Part shown: in pieces, positions 37,341 to 47,418 of the stretch | How the letters are laid out: each line of letters starts with the position of its first letter | How positions within the stretch are numbered: the first letter of the stretch is position 1 | NCBI GenBank assembly: GCA_016187495.1 | Contig: JACPJP010000012.1 | Span: 17,031 to 81,030 of the forward strand | DNA from: Candidatus Woesearchaeota archaeon | GTDB lineage: Archaea; Nanobdellota; Nanobdellia; Woesearchaeales; GW2011-AR4 | Length of the DNA: 64,000 nt | Direction of reading: 5' to 3' | Program-made: the position numbers and the translations under genes | The notes under the pieces: model-generated | The model's input: only the letters and a program-made list of their open reading frames with translations | The model's database searches: none | What the model was told of the DNA's origin: nothing

Positions 37341-38527
37341 TTTAGCATGTTTTTTACATCAACAACCTTATTTTTAATTTTCATTAATTTGCTTTTGTAT
37401 TCTGGCAATTTGTTCATAACCATTATAGCATCCATTTTTCCGAAATCGTTTAAATACTTTACATTAAAATTATTCTCAATTTCTTCTTTTGAATACAATG
37501 GATCTAGTCCATAGACATCATATCCATTCTTCTTCAGCAAGCTTATCATTGCAATTGACCTTGAATACGCCTTTTCCTTTACCCCTTCCCTATAGCTTAG
37601 GCCAATAACCCCTATTTTTGCATTCACTTTTTTTCCAACAATATTTTTTATCTTTTTAAAATAATAATTAATCATATCGTCATTTAATTCCCTTGCAGTT
37701 TTTATTAATGGAACGTCAAGTTCATTGATTAAAAACCATGGATAAACACCAATGCAATGCCCACCGACATTTCCAGGCTCTAAAATATTGCAGTACTGGT
37801 GCTTTGCAGCCTCTTTCATCTCCCAGAAATTGACATTATAATGCTCTGCAACCTTGTGCAATTCATTAGCCAAGGCTATATTGGCATCCCTATAGACGCC
37901 TTCTGCAACTTTTGCAAGTTCTGCAGTCCTTGCGTTGCTTACCTTTACTGGCTTTGAAAATTTTTTATAAACTTCAAATGCCTTTTCCGTGCTTTCCTTG
38001 TTTATTCCGCCTACAAGCTTCGGGAATTCTTTGTAGCGGGAGATTGAATAGCCAGTCATAATGCGTTCAGGGCTGTAGGCAAGGTAAAAGTCAATTCCTG
38101 CTTTCAATTTAGAGTTTCTTTCAAGCGTATTTTTTACTAGGTTTTCCGTGGTTCCTACAGGAACTGTAGTTTCAAGAACAACTATATCCTTTTTCTTCAA
38201 TCCTTTTGACAGCGATTCCAGGGCTTTTTTAATTATGGAAAAATCTGGCTTTTTGTTTTCGTCAATGAACAACGGCACAATGACAATATGGACATTACAC
38301 TGCTTTGCAGCACCGATTGCATCACTAGTTGCCTTAAGTTTTTTGTTTCCATGCTTTTTTATAAGCTCTTTAAGCCCGGGCTCTTCTTCTATTGGGTTAA
38401 TGCCATTGTCTATCATATCAACTTTATTTTTATCTAAATCAACTCCAAGTACACCAATTCCTTTGTCTGCTATTACTGCTGCAAGAGGCAAACCTGCTTT
38501 TCCAAGGCCTATAACACTTATTTTCAT
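37337..38527 (-). CDS. Nucleotide-sugar 6-dehydrogenase (WbpA-like)
   Basis: GLGKAGLP, ETTVPVGTT, SPER and GGHC (catalytic Cys) motifs. Confidence 0.9.
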   Translation of the reverse strand: MKISVIGLGKAGLPLAAVIADKGIGVLGVDLDKNKVDMIDNGINPIEEEPGLKELIKKHGNKKLKATSDAIGAAKQCNVHIVIVPLFIDENKKPDFSIIKKALESLSKGLKKKDIVVLETTVPVGTTENLVKNTLERNSKLKAGIDFYLAYSPERIMTGYSISRYKEFPKLVGGINKESTEKAFEVYKKFSKPVKVSNARTAELAKVAEGVYRDANIALANELHKVAEHYNVNFWEMKEAAKHQYCNILEPGNVGGHCIGVYPWFLINELDVPLIKTARELNDDMINYYFKKIKNIVGKKVNAKIGVIGLSYREGVKEKAYSRSIAMISLLKKNGYDVYGLDPLYSKEEIENNFNVKYLNDFGKMDAIMVMNKLPEYKSKLMKIKNKVVDVKNMLK

Positions 38528-39519
38528 AGGTTCATTACCTCATTCTTTCTTGAGGATTCCAAAAACTTCTGGGCTATTTTAAGAGTTTCTAAACCATCCT
38601 CGCCTCTAACAGGAGGTTCTTTATTCTTTTTAATGCATTCAACAAAAGCTTCCAGCTCGTTTTTCAGAGGTTCGCTTTTCTTTATTTCTATCTTTATTTT
38701 TTTTCCCTCCTTGCCTTTTATGAATGCATCATTGTAATTAACAGATTTTGCTGCAAATTCCTTCTCGTAGAAATAAAGCTCCTGCGTAAGGTAATTGGCA
38801 AGAAACATACCCCTTTCCCCTGTCACTTTTATCTGTCTAACTTTTTTTGGAGTAAGCCAGTTAGCGCTTATAACCCCTAACACATTGTTATCAAACCTTA
38901 TAGTCCCTATAAGCAGGTCTTCATGCGAGGAGTGGAATCTTTGCGCGGTTTCTGCATATACCCTCTTGACTTTCGAATCTATCAGATATTCAAGCACATA
39001 GATTTCATGTATTGCTAAATCTATTATCACCCCTACATCTATTATGCGCTGCGGAAAGAGGCTTAGGCGCTGGCAGTGCACCTGCAGTATGTTCCCAAGC
39101 TCATTGTTTTTTATCCTTTTTTTCAGCTCAACGACAACAGGATTAAACTGCTCTATATGGCCCACCATTAATTTTACCTCGTTTTTTTGAGCTGCGTCTA
39201 TAACTTCTCCAGCTTCTTGCGTTGTTGTTGCAATAGGTTTTTCCATCAAAATGTTTATTTTGTTTTTTATTATGTCCAAAGCTACACTTTTGTGCAATTT
39301 AGTTGGAACACATATAGAGACAGCATCAAGCTTTTCTTTATTTAACATTTCTTTATAGCTTTTGTAGTATTTTGCATTGAAATCGTCAGCAACTTCTTTT
39401 GATTCGTTACTGACATCACATACTGCTACTAATTCTACACCTTTAATGCTGGAATATATCCTTGCGTGGTTCTTTCCCATTGAGCCGGCGCCTATTACAG
39501 CGACATTAAGATTTTCCAT
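38524..39519 (-). CDS. Gfo/Idh/MocA oxidoreductase (WbpB-like sugar 3-dehydrogenase)
   Basis: GAGSMGKNH, EKP, VGHIEQFNP and DLAIHE motifs; adjacent to a DegT gene. Confidence 0.88.
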   Translation of the reverse strand: MENLNVAVIGAGSMGKNHARIYSSIKGVELVAVCDVSNESKEVADDFNAKYYKSYKEMLNKEKLDAVSICVPTKLHKSVALDIIKNKINILMEKPIATTTQEAGEVIDAAQKNEVKLMVGHIEQFNPVVVELKKRIKNNELGNILQVHCQRLSLFPQRIIDVGVIIDLAIHEIYVLEYLIDSKVKRVYAETAQRFHSSHEDLLIGTIRFDNNVLGVISANWLTPKKVRQIKVTGERGMFLANYLTQELYFYEKEFAAKSVNYNDAFIKGKEGKKIKIEIKKSEPLKNELEAFVECIKKNKEPPVRGEDGLETLKIAQKFLESSRKNEVMNL

Positions 39520-39534
39520 TTTAGCCCATTACTT

Positions 39535-40635
39535 TTATTCCAATTCCTCGAATGCATTAATTATATAATCCAACTGCTCTTTTGTAAGGTTGGGGTGAAC
39601 TGGTAACGATATTACCTCATTGCTTAATTTCTCTGCTATTGGAAAATCACCTTCCTTGTAGCCGAATTTTTTAAAGTGGGGCAATAAATGCAGAGGTTTT
39701 GGATAATAGATTCCAGTCCCTATGCCCTTTTTGTTCAAGTGTTCATTTAACTCGTCCCTGCTCAGCTTGAAATCTTCCAAAACCCTCATTGTATACTGAT
39801 GGAATACATGGCTCCCATCCTTTTTAACATCCGGGACTTTTATACCACTTATTTTACCAAGGTTTTCGCTCAAATAAGAGGCATTCTCAATTCTTTTTTT
39901 TGTTATAACACTTATTTTCTTTAATTGCTCTAATAGGATTGCGGCGCTTATGTCTGTTGCCCTGTAGTTGTATCCTAATCCTCTATACTCATAAGAAGTC
40001 ATTTTTGAGCGGCCATGCTGCCTGAAGAGCTTGGCATTCTCAGCATACTCTTCGCTATTTGTTGTGAGCATGCCACCTTCTCCTGATGTGATGTTTTTTG
40101 TCCCGTAGAACGAGAACGCAGATATATTTCCAAAATTCCCTGCTTTTTTCCCATTTAGTTCTGCATCAACAGATTGACATGCATCTTCTACAACTATCAG
40201 GTTATTATCCTCAGCAATTTTACCGATCTTATCATATTTACATAGTTTTCCATACAAATCAACTGTAACTATAGCTTTAGTTTTTTTATTTATCCTTTCC
40301 TGTATTTTTTCCGGGTCTATATTGAACATTTCCTCGTCAATGTCTACAAAACCAGGTTTAGCCTGCTGCATAAGTATTGTGTTAGCGGTTGCTATAAATG
40401 TAAATGGGGTTGTAACGACTTCATCATTTTTTTTTATTCCAGCAACATGCAATGAGGTATGCAATGCTGCTGTACCGCTGTTTACAGCTACAGCATATTT
40501 TGTTCCGCATAATCTAGCAAATTTCTCTTCCAGTTCCCTTACTTTCGGCCCTTGTGCAATTGTCCCTGACTTTAGCACTTCAGAAACGGCTTTTATTTCA
40601 TTATCATCAAGAAAAGGCTTTGCTATCGGTATCAT
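39535..40635 (-). CDS. DegT/DnrJ/EryC1/StrS sugar aminotransferase (WbpE-like)
   Basis: NSGTAALH, EDACQS, SFYGTKNITSGEGG and GYNYR motifs. Confidence 0.93.
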   Translation of the reverse strand: MIPIAKPFLDDNEIKAVSEVLKSGTIAQGPKVRELEEKFARLCGTKYAVAVNSGTAALHTSLHVAGIKKNDEVVTTPFTFIATANTILMQQAKPGFVDIDEEMFNIDPEKIQERINKKTKAIVTVDLYGKLCKYDKIGKIAEDNNLIVVEDACQSVDAELNGKKAGNFGNISAFSFYGTKNITSGEGGMLTTNSEEYAENAKLFRQHGRSKMTSYEYRGLGYNYRATDISAAILLEQLKKISVITKKRIENASYLSENLGKISGIKVPDVKKDGSHVFHQYTMRVLEDFKLSRDELNEHLNKKGIGTGIYYPKPLHLLPHFKKFGYKEGDFPIAEKLSNEVISLPVHPNLTKEQLDYIINAFEELE

Positions 40636-40636
40636 T

Positions 40637-41338
40637 TTACTTTAATTTTGAATAGTTTCTTTTATATTCTCCAAATTTTTTAAACAAATCTTTTTCCAGA
40701 TCAGGTGGAACAGCCTTAAAATAATTTCCTTCCTCAACTTCCTCAAAATCCCTTTTTCCGCTTCCAAGTATTTTCAACGATTCAATCATCAGGTCTTGCT
40801 CTTTGTTCTGGATTCTTAGAAAGATATCGAGGAGCGTATCGTCCTCATATACATCTATCTCTTCTTTTACTATCAGCCGTCCTTTATCCACCTCCCTGCT
40901 TATTAGGTGACATGATACGCCCTGCTTGAAGTCCTTTAAAATGGCCCATTTGATGTTGTCCAAGCCGCGATTTTGCGGCAATATAGCGGGGTGCAAATTA
41001 AGCACCCCAATTTTGAACTGTTTTATTATATTCTCTTTCAATATTCTCGCTCCTGCTATAATCCCGACGTCAAGACTATACTTTTTAATTAAGTCTTCAC
41101 ATTCACTGCCGTTGTGCTTGACAACATAGTAAGGTATGCCTAGATTTTTCGCTATTTCCATTGGATGCATATAGTTCAAGCCTTTAGGCGCTATCCTTAT
41201 CTTAGACTGGTAAAAATGAAGTTCAACTGGGTCTGCTGCAAAGATACATGAGATTTTATAACCATGCATAAACAAATTCAGCAGCGTTTCCTGAGTCTTT
41301 TTGTGCTTGAAGTTATAAGCAAAAACCCCTATTTTCAT
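40637..41338 (-). CDS. Formyltransferase (N10-formyl-THF dependent), probably a sugar N-formyltransferase
   Basis: LNLHPAILPQNRG..WAI and GVSCHL..VDKG catalytic N/H/D pattern; N-terminal domain only. Confidence 0.8.
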   Translation of the reverse strand: MKIGVFAYNFKHKKTQETLLNLFMHGYKISCIFAADPVELHFYQSKIRIAPKGLNYMHPMEIAKNLGIPYYVVKHNGSECEDLIKKYSLDVGIIAGARILKENIIKQFKIGVLNLHPAILPQNRGLDNIKWAILKDFKQGVSCHLISREVDKGRLIVKEEIDVYEDDTLLDIFLRIQNKEQDLMIESLKILGSGKRDFEEVEEGNYFKAVPPDLEKDLFKKFGEYKRNYSKLK

Positions 41339-41418
41339 TGCTATTTTTCATCCCCCTAATTAAAGGCTTTTAGAATATATAATCATTTATAAAGGTATCT
41401 GATGCATATTCTCTCACT

Positions 41419-42546
41419 TTATTGCGTAAAAGCCTTGTAAAATTTCTCTGCTACAACTTTTATTGAGAAATTGCCTAGGACCCTCTTCCTTCCATTTTCA
41501 GCTATTTTAGCAGCTAATTTTTGGTTTTTTATGAGAAGTACAATTTTTTCAGCCATATCTTCCATGTCAAATTTTCTTGATACAAGACCGTAGTTTTCAT
41601 TTGGTATTACCAAATCCCTTCCACCGCATTCCATCACAACAACGGGTTTTTCGCATGCTAAAGCTTCGTTTACTGCAGGCGTTATTTCCTGATAGTTGGC
41701 TAAAACAAAGATATCAGACATATTATATATTTTTGCAAGCTCATCATGGCCTTTGCTTCCAAGGAATTTAACATTTTTTTCTATACCTAGTTTATTTGCT
41801 AGATTTTTCAAATAATCTTCATAATATCCTTTTCCAACAATCCACAGCTCAATATTTTTATGGCCTTTATCTATGATACTTTTAAATGCCTTGATTATTA
41901 TACCATGCCCTTTTATCTTGTATAAGCCGCCGACAGACAGCAAAACTGTCTTTTTAGATTTTTTAATTTTTATTGGTTTAAATGTTTTAGTATCCGTAGC
42001 ATGGCCAGTTATGATGCTTTTTTTCTTGTTGTCTATAAGGCATAGCTTTAAACACCTTTCCTCTGCCTGGGGGTTTGTGAAAATCAGATAAGAGGCATAG
42101 CCATAGGCTTTTTTTACAATTGGATTTATGAGGTATTTTGTCAGCTTATACAGGAAAAATCCTTCTACTGTTTGCGATGTTCTAAGCACAAACCTTATGT
42201 TGTATTTTTTCGCTGCTTTGTAAGCTTGGTAGGCATAAGCATAGAATTCCGGGTTATTTGCAGTTATAACATCATAACCCTTTAATCTTTCTGCAAGACC
42301 TTTGTAATAAAATCTTGGAATCCCCAATATAAACAATATTTTTTCGAAAATGGTATTATAATCTAAACCATTGATTTTTTGTATTTTGAAGCTTTTGACC
42401 TTTACATCATTTTTCATATCAGTAAATAAAGTTACCTCTACATTTTTGCTTTTTATGAGGTATTGGTAGGTCTTGATGAAATTATTCAATGACGAGTTTA
42501 TGTCAAAATGATTAGGCATTACCAGCGCTACTTTCAGGGCTTTCAT
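41419..42546 (-). CDS. GT4 glycosyltransferase
   Basis: SVGGLYKIKG and SDIFVL..EITPAVNEALAC (EX7E-like) motifs. Confidence 0.88.
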   Translation of the reverse strand: MKALKVALVMPNHFDINSSLNNFIKTYQYLIKSKNVEVTLFTDMKNDVKVKSFKIQKINGLDYNTIFEKILFILGIPRFYYKGLAERLKGYDVITANNPEFYAYAYQAYKAAKKYNIRFVLRTSQTVEGFFLYKLTKYLINPIVKKAYGYASYLIFTNPQAEERCLKLCLIDNKKKSIITGHATDTKTFKPIKIKKSKKTVLLSVGGLYKIKGHGIIIKAFKSIIDKGHKNIELWIVGKGYYEDYLKNLANKLGIEKNVKFLGSKGHDELAKIYNMSDIFVLANYQEITPAVNEALACEKPVVVMECGGRDLVIPNENYGLVSRKFDMEDMAEKIVLLIKNQKLAAKIAENGRKRVLGNFSIKVVAEKFYKAFTQ

Positions 42547-42596
42547 GTGTTTTGGCTATAGGAAACTATTTAAATAAATTTGGGTTTCTTGAAGGC

Positions 42597-43685
42597 ATGA
42601 AAATTTTAAGTGTAGTTGGGACAAGACCTAATTTCATGAAGATTGCTCCACTGGTAAACGAGTTCAAGAAGCATAATGTAGACCATGTACTTGTACATAC
42701 AGGCCAGCATTATGATAAGGAAATGTATAAACTGTTTTTTGACGACCTTAAGATACCTAAACCGGATTTTGACCTTGGAGTTGGCTCTGGAACAAGAGAA
42801 CAGCAGATTAAATCGATAAAGGCAAAGTTAACACCTATACTCAAAAAAGAGGAGCCAGACGCGGTTATGGTGGTTGGCGATGTAAATTCAACTCTTGCCG
42901 CTGCGCAAACTGCAAGTAACCTTGGCATTAAGGTAGCGCATGTCGAAGCAGGTTTAAGGAGCTTTGACAATACAATGCCTGAAGAGCTTAACAGAATCGA
43001 AACGGATAAAATAAGCGATTTTTTGTTTACTACGGAAAAAAGTGGAGACATCAATCTGGAAAAAGAAGGAATTAGTAAAGATAATATTTTTTTTGTCGGC
43101 AATGTAATGATAGACACCTTATTAGACCACAAAGAAAAAGCCGAGCAATCAAAAATACTGAAAAAATTAATTTTAGAAAAAAAAGATTACTGCACTTTGA
43201 CGTTGCATAGGCCAAGCAACGTAGACAACAAGGTAGATTTTGAAAATATTCTTTCTATTTTAGTGGAAATCCAAGAAAAAATAAGAGTAGTCTTCCCAGT
43301 CCATCCGAGAGCAAGAAAAAACATGCACTCCTTTAATCTTGACGGTAAAATAAAAAATATGAAAAATTTGATAATTACTGAGCCGCTGGGCTACCTGGAT
43401 TTTTTATGCTTAATGTCAAACAGCAAATTTGTGCTTACCGACTCTGGTGGCATTCAGGAGGAAACCACTGTTTTAGGAATTCCTTGCATTACACTGAGGA
43501 AAAATACGGAGAGGCCTGTAACTGTCGAACAGGGGACTAATTTATTGGTAAGCATTGACAATGGAAAGGTTGTGAGCAAAGCCATGGAAGTTATAGGCAA
43601 TAAAATTAAATTGAAAAACAAAATACCTGAGCTGTGGGATGGCATGGCTGCTGAAAGAATAGTTAAAATATTGCTAAATAACTGA
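42597..43685 (+). CDS. wecB: Non-hydrolysing UDP-GlcNAc 2-epimerase (WecB/WbpI-like)
   Basis: VVGTRPNFMK, HTGQHYD, HVEAGLRS, PEELNR and TDSGGIQEE motifs. Confidence 0.93.
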   Translation: MKILSVVGTRPNFMKIAPLVNEFKKHNVDHVLVHTGQHYDKEMYKLFFDDLKIPKPDFDLGVGSGTREQQIKSIKAKLTPILKKEEPDAVMVVGDVNSTLAAAQTASNLGIKVAHVEAGLRSFDNTMPEELNRIETDKISDFLFTTEKSGDINLEKEGISKDNIFFVGNVMIDTLLDHKEKAEQSKILKKLILEKKDYCTLTLHRPSNVDNKVDFENILSILVEIQEKIRVVFPVHPRARKNMHSFNLDGKIKNMKNLIITEPLGYLDFLCLMSNSKFVLTDSGGIQEETTVLGIPCITLRKNTERPVTVEQGTNLLVSIDNGKVVSKAMEVIGNKIKLKNKIPELWDGMAAERIVKILLNN

Positions 43686-43691
43686 TTAACA

Positions 43692-44066
43692 ATGCAAGAA
43701 CTCAAAAATTTAGGAGTCGGGACTGACATAGAAGATATAGGAAGGTTTAGGCGTTTAGATAAGAATAACGACAACATTTTTTTGAATAAAATATTTACCG
43801 AAAAAGAGCTCGACTACAGCTTTTCAAAAGCAAAGCCTTACCAGCATCTGGCTGCAAGATACGCTGGCAAAGAGGCTATTATAAAGGCATTGAGTAGCAT
43901 TGGAAAAAATGGAATAGATTACAAAGAAATTGAAATATTAAATGATGATAATGGAATTCCAAAAGTGAATTTGAATTATGATGGCAGCTTAAAGGTTTGC
44001 ATCAGCCTGTCGCATTCCAACGACAGGGCTTTGGCATTTGCTCTAATATTAAGGCAAAATGAGTAA
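43692..44066 (+). CDS. acpS: Holo-ACP synthase (AcpS-type phosphopantetheinyl transferase)
   Basis: GVGTDIE, IFTEKE, LAARYAGKEAIIKAL, GIP and ISLSH motifs. Confidence 0.92.
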   Translation: MQELKNLGVGTDIEDIGRFRRLDKNNDNIFLNKIFTEKELDYSFSKAKPYQHLAARYAGKEAIIKALSSIGKNGIDYKEIEILNDDNGIPKVNLNYDGSLKVCISLSHSNDRALAFALILRQNE

Positions 44067-45882
44067 AATAAATGAAAAGGAAAAATTAAGCATATCTGAC
44101 TATTTTAATCTGTATAGAAAATTGAAGAATTCTAAGAATTTTGGAAAAAATAAAAAATCCATAAAAATAGCACTGCTCTCCAGCTTCACTGCCAATGGAA
44201 TAAAAGAGGTTTTATTTGTAAAATGCCATGAATTAGGCATATATTGCGATTTCTATGTCGGCAAATATAGCCGGTATTCCCAGGAGATATTGGATAAAAA
44301 TAGTGGATTGCATAAATTTGAGCCTGATTTAATAATCTGGTTTGTAGATATCATGTCAATTTTTGGCAGTAATTACTTTCTTCCTTATAGTCTCAATGAA
44401 AACCAGAGGAAAAAACTTATTGAAGAAAAACTAAATGAAATAAGATCCTTGGCAGAGAAACTAAAATCAGACTCCGATGCAAAAATACTGCTGCACAATT
44501 TTGAAGTCCCGCTATTTTCGCCATTAGGGATACTTGAAAGTAAGCAGAAATTCGGCTTCATCGAGTCTGTAGAAGCACTAAACTCTAAGTTAAGGGATAC
44601 TTTCAAAAATGATGATCAGGTTTTTGTTTTTGATTATAATGCTTTCTGCTCTAAAATCGGGAAGGATAATGCAATGGACTACAAGATGTATTATTTGGGT
44701 GATATAAAATTTGACCTTCAGTATCTCCCGGAGCTTTGCAGCGAGTATATGGTTTATATAAAGCCCATGGTGTCCATTACGAAAAAATGCATCGTCTTAG
44801 ATTTAGACAATACCTTATGGGGCGGCATAATAGGGGAAGATGGTTTAGAGGGCATAAAGCTTGGACCTACACCAGAAGGAAGACCTTTTATGGAGTTTCA
44901 GCAATATTTGCTTTCTCTCTTCAATCGTGGGGTAATACTGGCAATAAATAGCAGGAACAATTACGATGATGCTATGGAAGTTTTTAAGAAGCACCCTAAT
45001 ATGGTCCTAAAAGAGAACAATTTTGCTGCTATGCAGATAAACTGGAATGACAAGATAGCAAACATGAAGGCTATTGCAGAGGAGTTAAATATAGGCACAG
45101 ATAGCTTAGTGTTTATTGACGATGATAAATCCAACAGGCAGATGATAAGGGAGGCTTTTCCTGAGATTAATGTTGTTGAGATGCCAGAAGATCCATCTCT
45201 TTATCTGAAGACCTTAATGGACATGAATGACTTTAATATATTGCAGATAACTGAAGAGGACAAGAAAAGGGGGCGTATGTATGTACAGCAAAGGAAGCGC
45301 ACAGAATTCCAGAAAAGCACTTCAAACCTAACAGAGTTCCTTAAGAGCCTTAATATGGTTGTTACCGCGGAAAGAGCTAATAAGTTCAACATTCCAAGAA
45401 TAGCCCAGCTTACGCAGAAAACAAACCAGTTCAACATGACAACTAAAAGATATATGGAGGAAGACATTAAGAAATTTTCTGAAGACAAAAATTACCATGT
45501 TTTTTCCGTCAGAGTGGAAGACAAGTTTGGGGATAACGGAATTACCGGAGCGGCAATAATAAAAAAAGGCAAGGACATATGGAGCATAGGCACTTTTTTG
45601 TTGAGCTGCAGGATCGTAGGGAGAAAAGTTGAAGAAACGCTGCTTGCTTACATAGCAAAAGAAGCGAAAAAAGCAGGAGCGAAGAGGATAACAGCAGACT
45701 TTATTCCAACCGAGAAAAATTCAGTTGCTAATGATTTTTACAAAAACAGCGGGTTTAGCTTGGTAAAAAAAGAGAAGAGCAAGGAAGTTTGGGAATATAG
45801 CCTTAAGAATGATTACAAATTTCCGAATTTTATTAAGTTTGTCGAAAAGCAGATGAATTCGCTTAAAAATGCAAAATCTTAA
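44059..45882 (+). CDS. FkbH-like HAD-IIIC glyceryl transferase/phosphatase
   Basis: VLDLDNTLWGG (HAD motif I), INWNDK, FIDD, QKTNQFN, DKFGDNG and LLSCR (catalytic Cys) motifs. Confidence 0.93.
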   Translation: MSKINEKEKLSISDYFNLYRKLKNSKNFGKNKKSIKIALLSSFTANGIKEVLFVKCHELGIYCDFYVGKYSRYSQEILDKNSGLHKFEPDLIIWFVDIMSIFGSNYFLPYSLNENQRKKLIEEKLNEIRSLAEKLKSDSDAKILLHNFEVPLFSPLGILESKQKFGFIESVEALNSKLRDTFKNDDQVFVFDYNAFCSKIGKDNAMDYKMYYLGDIKFDLQYLPELCSEYMVYIKPMVSITKKCIVLDLDNTLWGGIIGEDGLEGIKLGPTPEGRPFMEFQQYLLSLFNRGVILAINSRNNYDDAMEVFKKHPNMVLKENNFAAMQINWNDKIANMKAIAEELNIGTDSLVFIDDDKSNRQMIREAFPEINVVEMPEDPSLYLKTLMDMNDFNILQITEEDKKRGRMYVQQRKRTEFQKSTSNLTEFLKSLNMVVTAERANKFNIPRIAQLTQKTNQFNMTTKRYMEEDIKKFSEDKNYHVFSVRVEDKFGDNGITGAAIIKKGKDIWSIGTFLLSCRIVGRKVEETLLAYIAKEAKKAGAKRITADFIPTEKNSVANDFYKNSGFSLVKKEKSKEVWEYSLKNDYKFPNFIKFVEKQMNSLKNAKS

Positions 45883-46093
45883 AAAAATTGTGGCAAAGGT
45901 ATTGGATATTGATGAAATCAAGGTAAATGACAGCCTTACCATGAGCAATGCGGAGCAGTGGGACTCTTTTAACCACTTGCTTCTCATAAGCGAGATTGAA
46001 AAAGAACTTGGAATAACATTTTTCATACAGGAAGTTGAGAAGATAAAATCTTTTAAGGATTTAAGAGAAATAGTTTTAAGCAAGGGCAGATAA
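45869..46093 (+). CDS. Acyl carrier protein
   Basis: 74 aa; WDSFNHLLLISEIEKELGI, with the phosphopantetheine Ser in DSF. Confidence 0.9.
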   Translation: MQNLKKIVAKVLDIDEIKVNDSLTMSNAEQWDSFNHLLLISEIEKELGITFFIQEVEKIKSFKDLREIVLSKGR

Positions 46094-46094
46094 A

Positions 46095-46523
46095 ATGAAG
46101 CATAGAAACAAGGCAAAATCATTTTCAGATGTAAACATAGGGGAAAGGGCTGAATTTGAGATTATTATAGATGAAAATGTGCATAATAACTTCTCAAAAA
46201 TATCCGGAGATTATAGCCCTATACATTGCGATGATGCATTTTCGGAAAAAACAAAATTCGGCAAGAGGATAGGGTACGCATTTTTGCTTACATCATTTCT
46301 TTCCAGGCTTTATGGCGAGTATTTGCCGGGAGGAAGCTCTGTGTGCATAAAGCAGGAAGCAAATTTTTTAAGACCATATTTCATAGGCGACAAAATAAAG
46401 GTCGTAGGGGAAGTTGTAAACAAAATAAAATCAACAAAATTTATTGAAATTAAATCGGAAATGTACAGAAATAGCAAAGAATGCATTTTTAGAGGCAATG
46501 GAACAGTCCAAATACTATACTGA
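46095..46523 (+). CDS. MaoC/PhaJ-like hotdog (de)hydratase
   Basis: FSKISGDYSPIHCD hydratase-2 motif, LPGG and FLRPYFIGD. Confidence 0.88.
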   Translation: MKHRNKAKSFSDVNIGERAEFEIIIDENVHNNFSKISGDYSPIHCDDAFSEKTKFGKRIGYAFLLTSFLSRLYGEYLPGGSSVCIKQEANFLRPYFIGDKIKVVGEVVNKIKSTKFIEIKSEMYRNSKECIFRGNGTVQILY

Positions 46524-47418
46524 AAAAAAGGCATACGAACCTTTATACGAGCATGAAGACCAAAAGATTTACCCTTCTCATTTTGTTAAGGCACTAAAAG
46601 ACGCAGGCATAAATGAGGGGGATACAGTTTTTGTGCATTCAAGAGTTTCCGCTTTTGGCAAGCTGCTTGCACTAGATAAACATTTTCTTATGCAGTCTTT
46701 AATAGGCTCAATTAAAGATGCTGTAGGAATAGATGGAACGATAATCATGCCCACTTTTTCCTACAGCTTCGACAAGAATGAGGCTTTTGATGCTGATAAG
46801 ACTCAATCCACGGTGGGTTCTTTGACGGAGTTTTTCAGAAAGCAAGATGACGTAGTTCGTACAAGGCATCCGAACCATTCAGTTGCCATATGGGGCGCAA
46901 ATAAATATGATTTATCAAATATAGGGGAAGATACATTTGACGAGAACTCCATTTTTGGAAAATTGCATAAGCTTAATAGCAAAATAATATTTTTTGGAGC
47001 ACCTTTTCAGTCATGCACCTTTATCCATTATATCGAGCAGATGCATCAGGTTCCGTATAGACATATGAAGAAGTTTAGTGGAAAGATTACAGTTAATGGC
47101 AATGAGCATGATGAAGAAATAACCTTCTACAACAAGTATAGCGTTTTTTTCAGCTCATTTTCAAGGCTTGAAAAGCATCTGCTAGAAAAAGGAATTATGA
47201 AAAATGCAAAAGTCGGCGCGGGCAATATCATGGCAGTAAAGTGCAAGGACTTGTTTGACGAAGGCTACAATCTTCTGGATAAGGACATTTTTTTCTTCTT
47301 GAAGAACAAGCCAATAATATTTGATCTGTTCAATAAACTTTCTTATCCGTTTTTGAGATATTTTCCTTTGCCTATTAAAATTCTAGATAAATTAGTCTCA
47401 AAATTCTTATTAAGATAG
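46498..47418 (+). CDS. AAC(3)/Antibiotic_NAT family N-acyltransferase
   Basis: VFVHS, GTIIMPTFSY, STVGSLTEFFR, RTRHPNHS and TFIHYIE motifs. ATG 46498 follows an AGAGG RBS. Confidence 0.88.
   Translation: MEQSKYYTEKKAYEPLYEHEDQKIYPSHFVKALKDAGINEGDTVFVHSRVSAFGKLLALDKHFLMQSLIGSIKDAVGIDGTIIMPTFSYSFDKNEAFDADKTQSTVGSLTEFFRKQDDVVRTRHPNHSVAIWGANKYDLSNIGEDTFDENSIFGKLHKLNSKIIFFGAPFQSCTFIHYIEQMHQVPYRHMKKFSGKITVNGNEHDEEITFYNKYSVFFSSFSRLEKHLLEKGIMKNAKVGAGNIMAVKCKDLFDEGYNLLDKDIFFFLKNKPIIFDLFNKLSYPFLRYFPLPIKILDKLVSKFLLR

Noticed and set aside
46498-47418. Aminoglycoside resistance gene aac(3)
   Set aside because: The family motifs match, but the gene is coupled to ACP/FkbH/MaoC inside a glycan locus of an archaeon, so a biosynthetic acyltransferase is more plausible.
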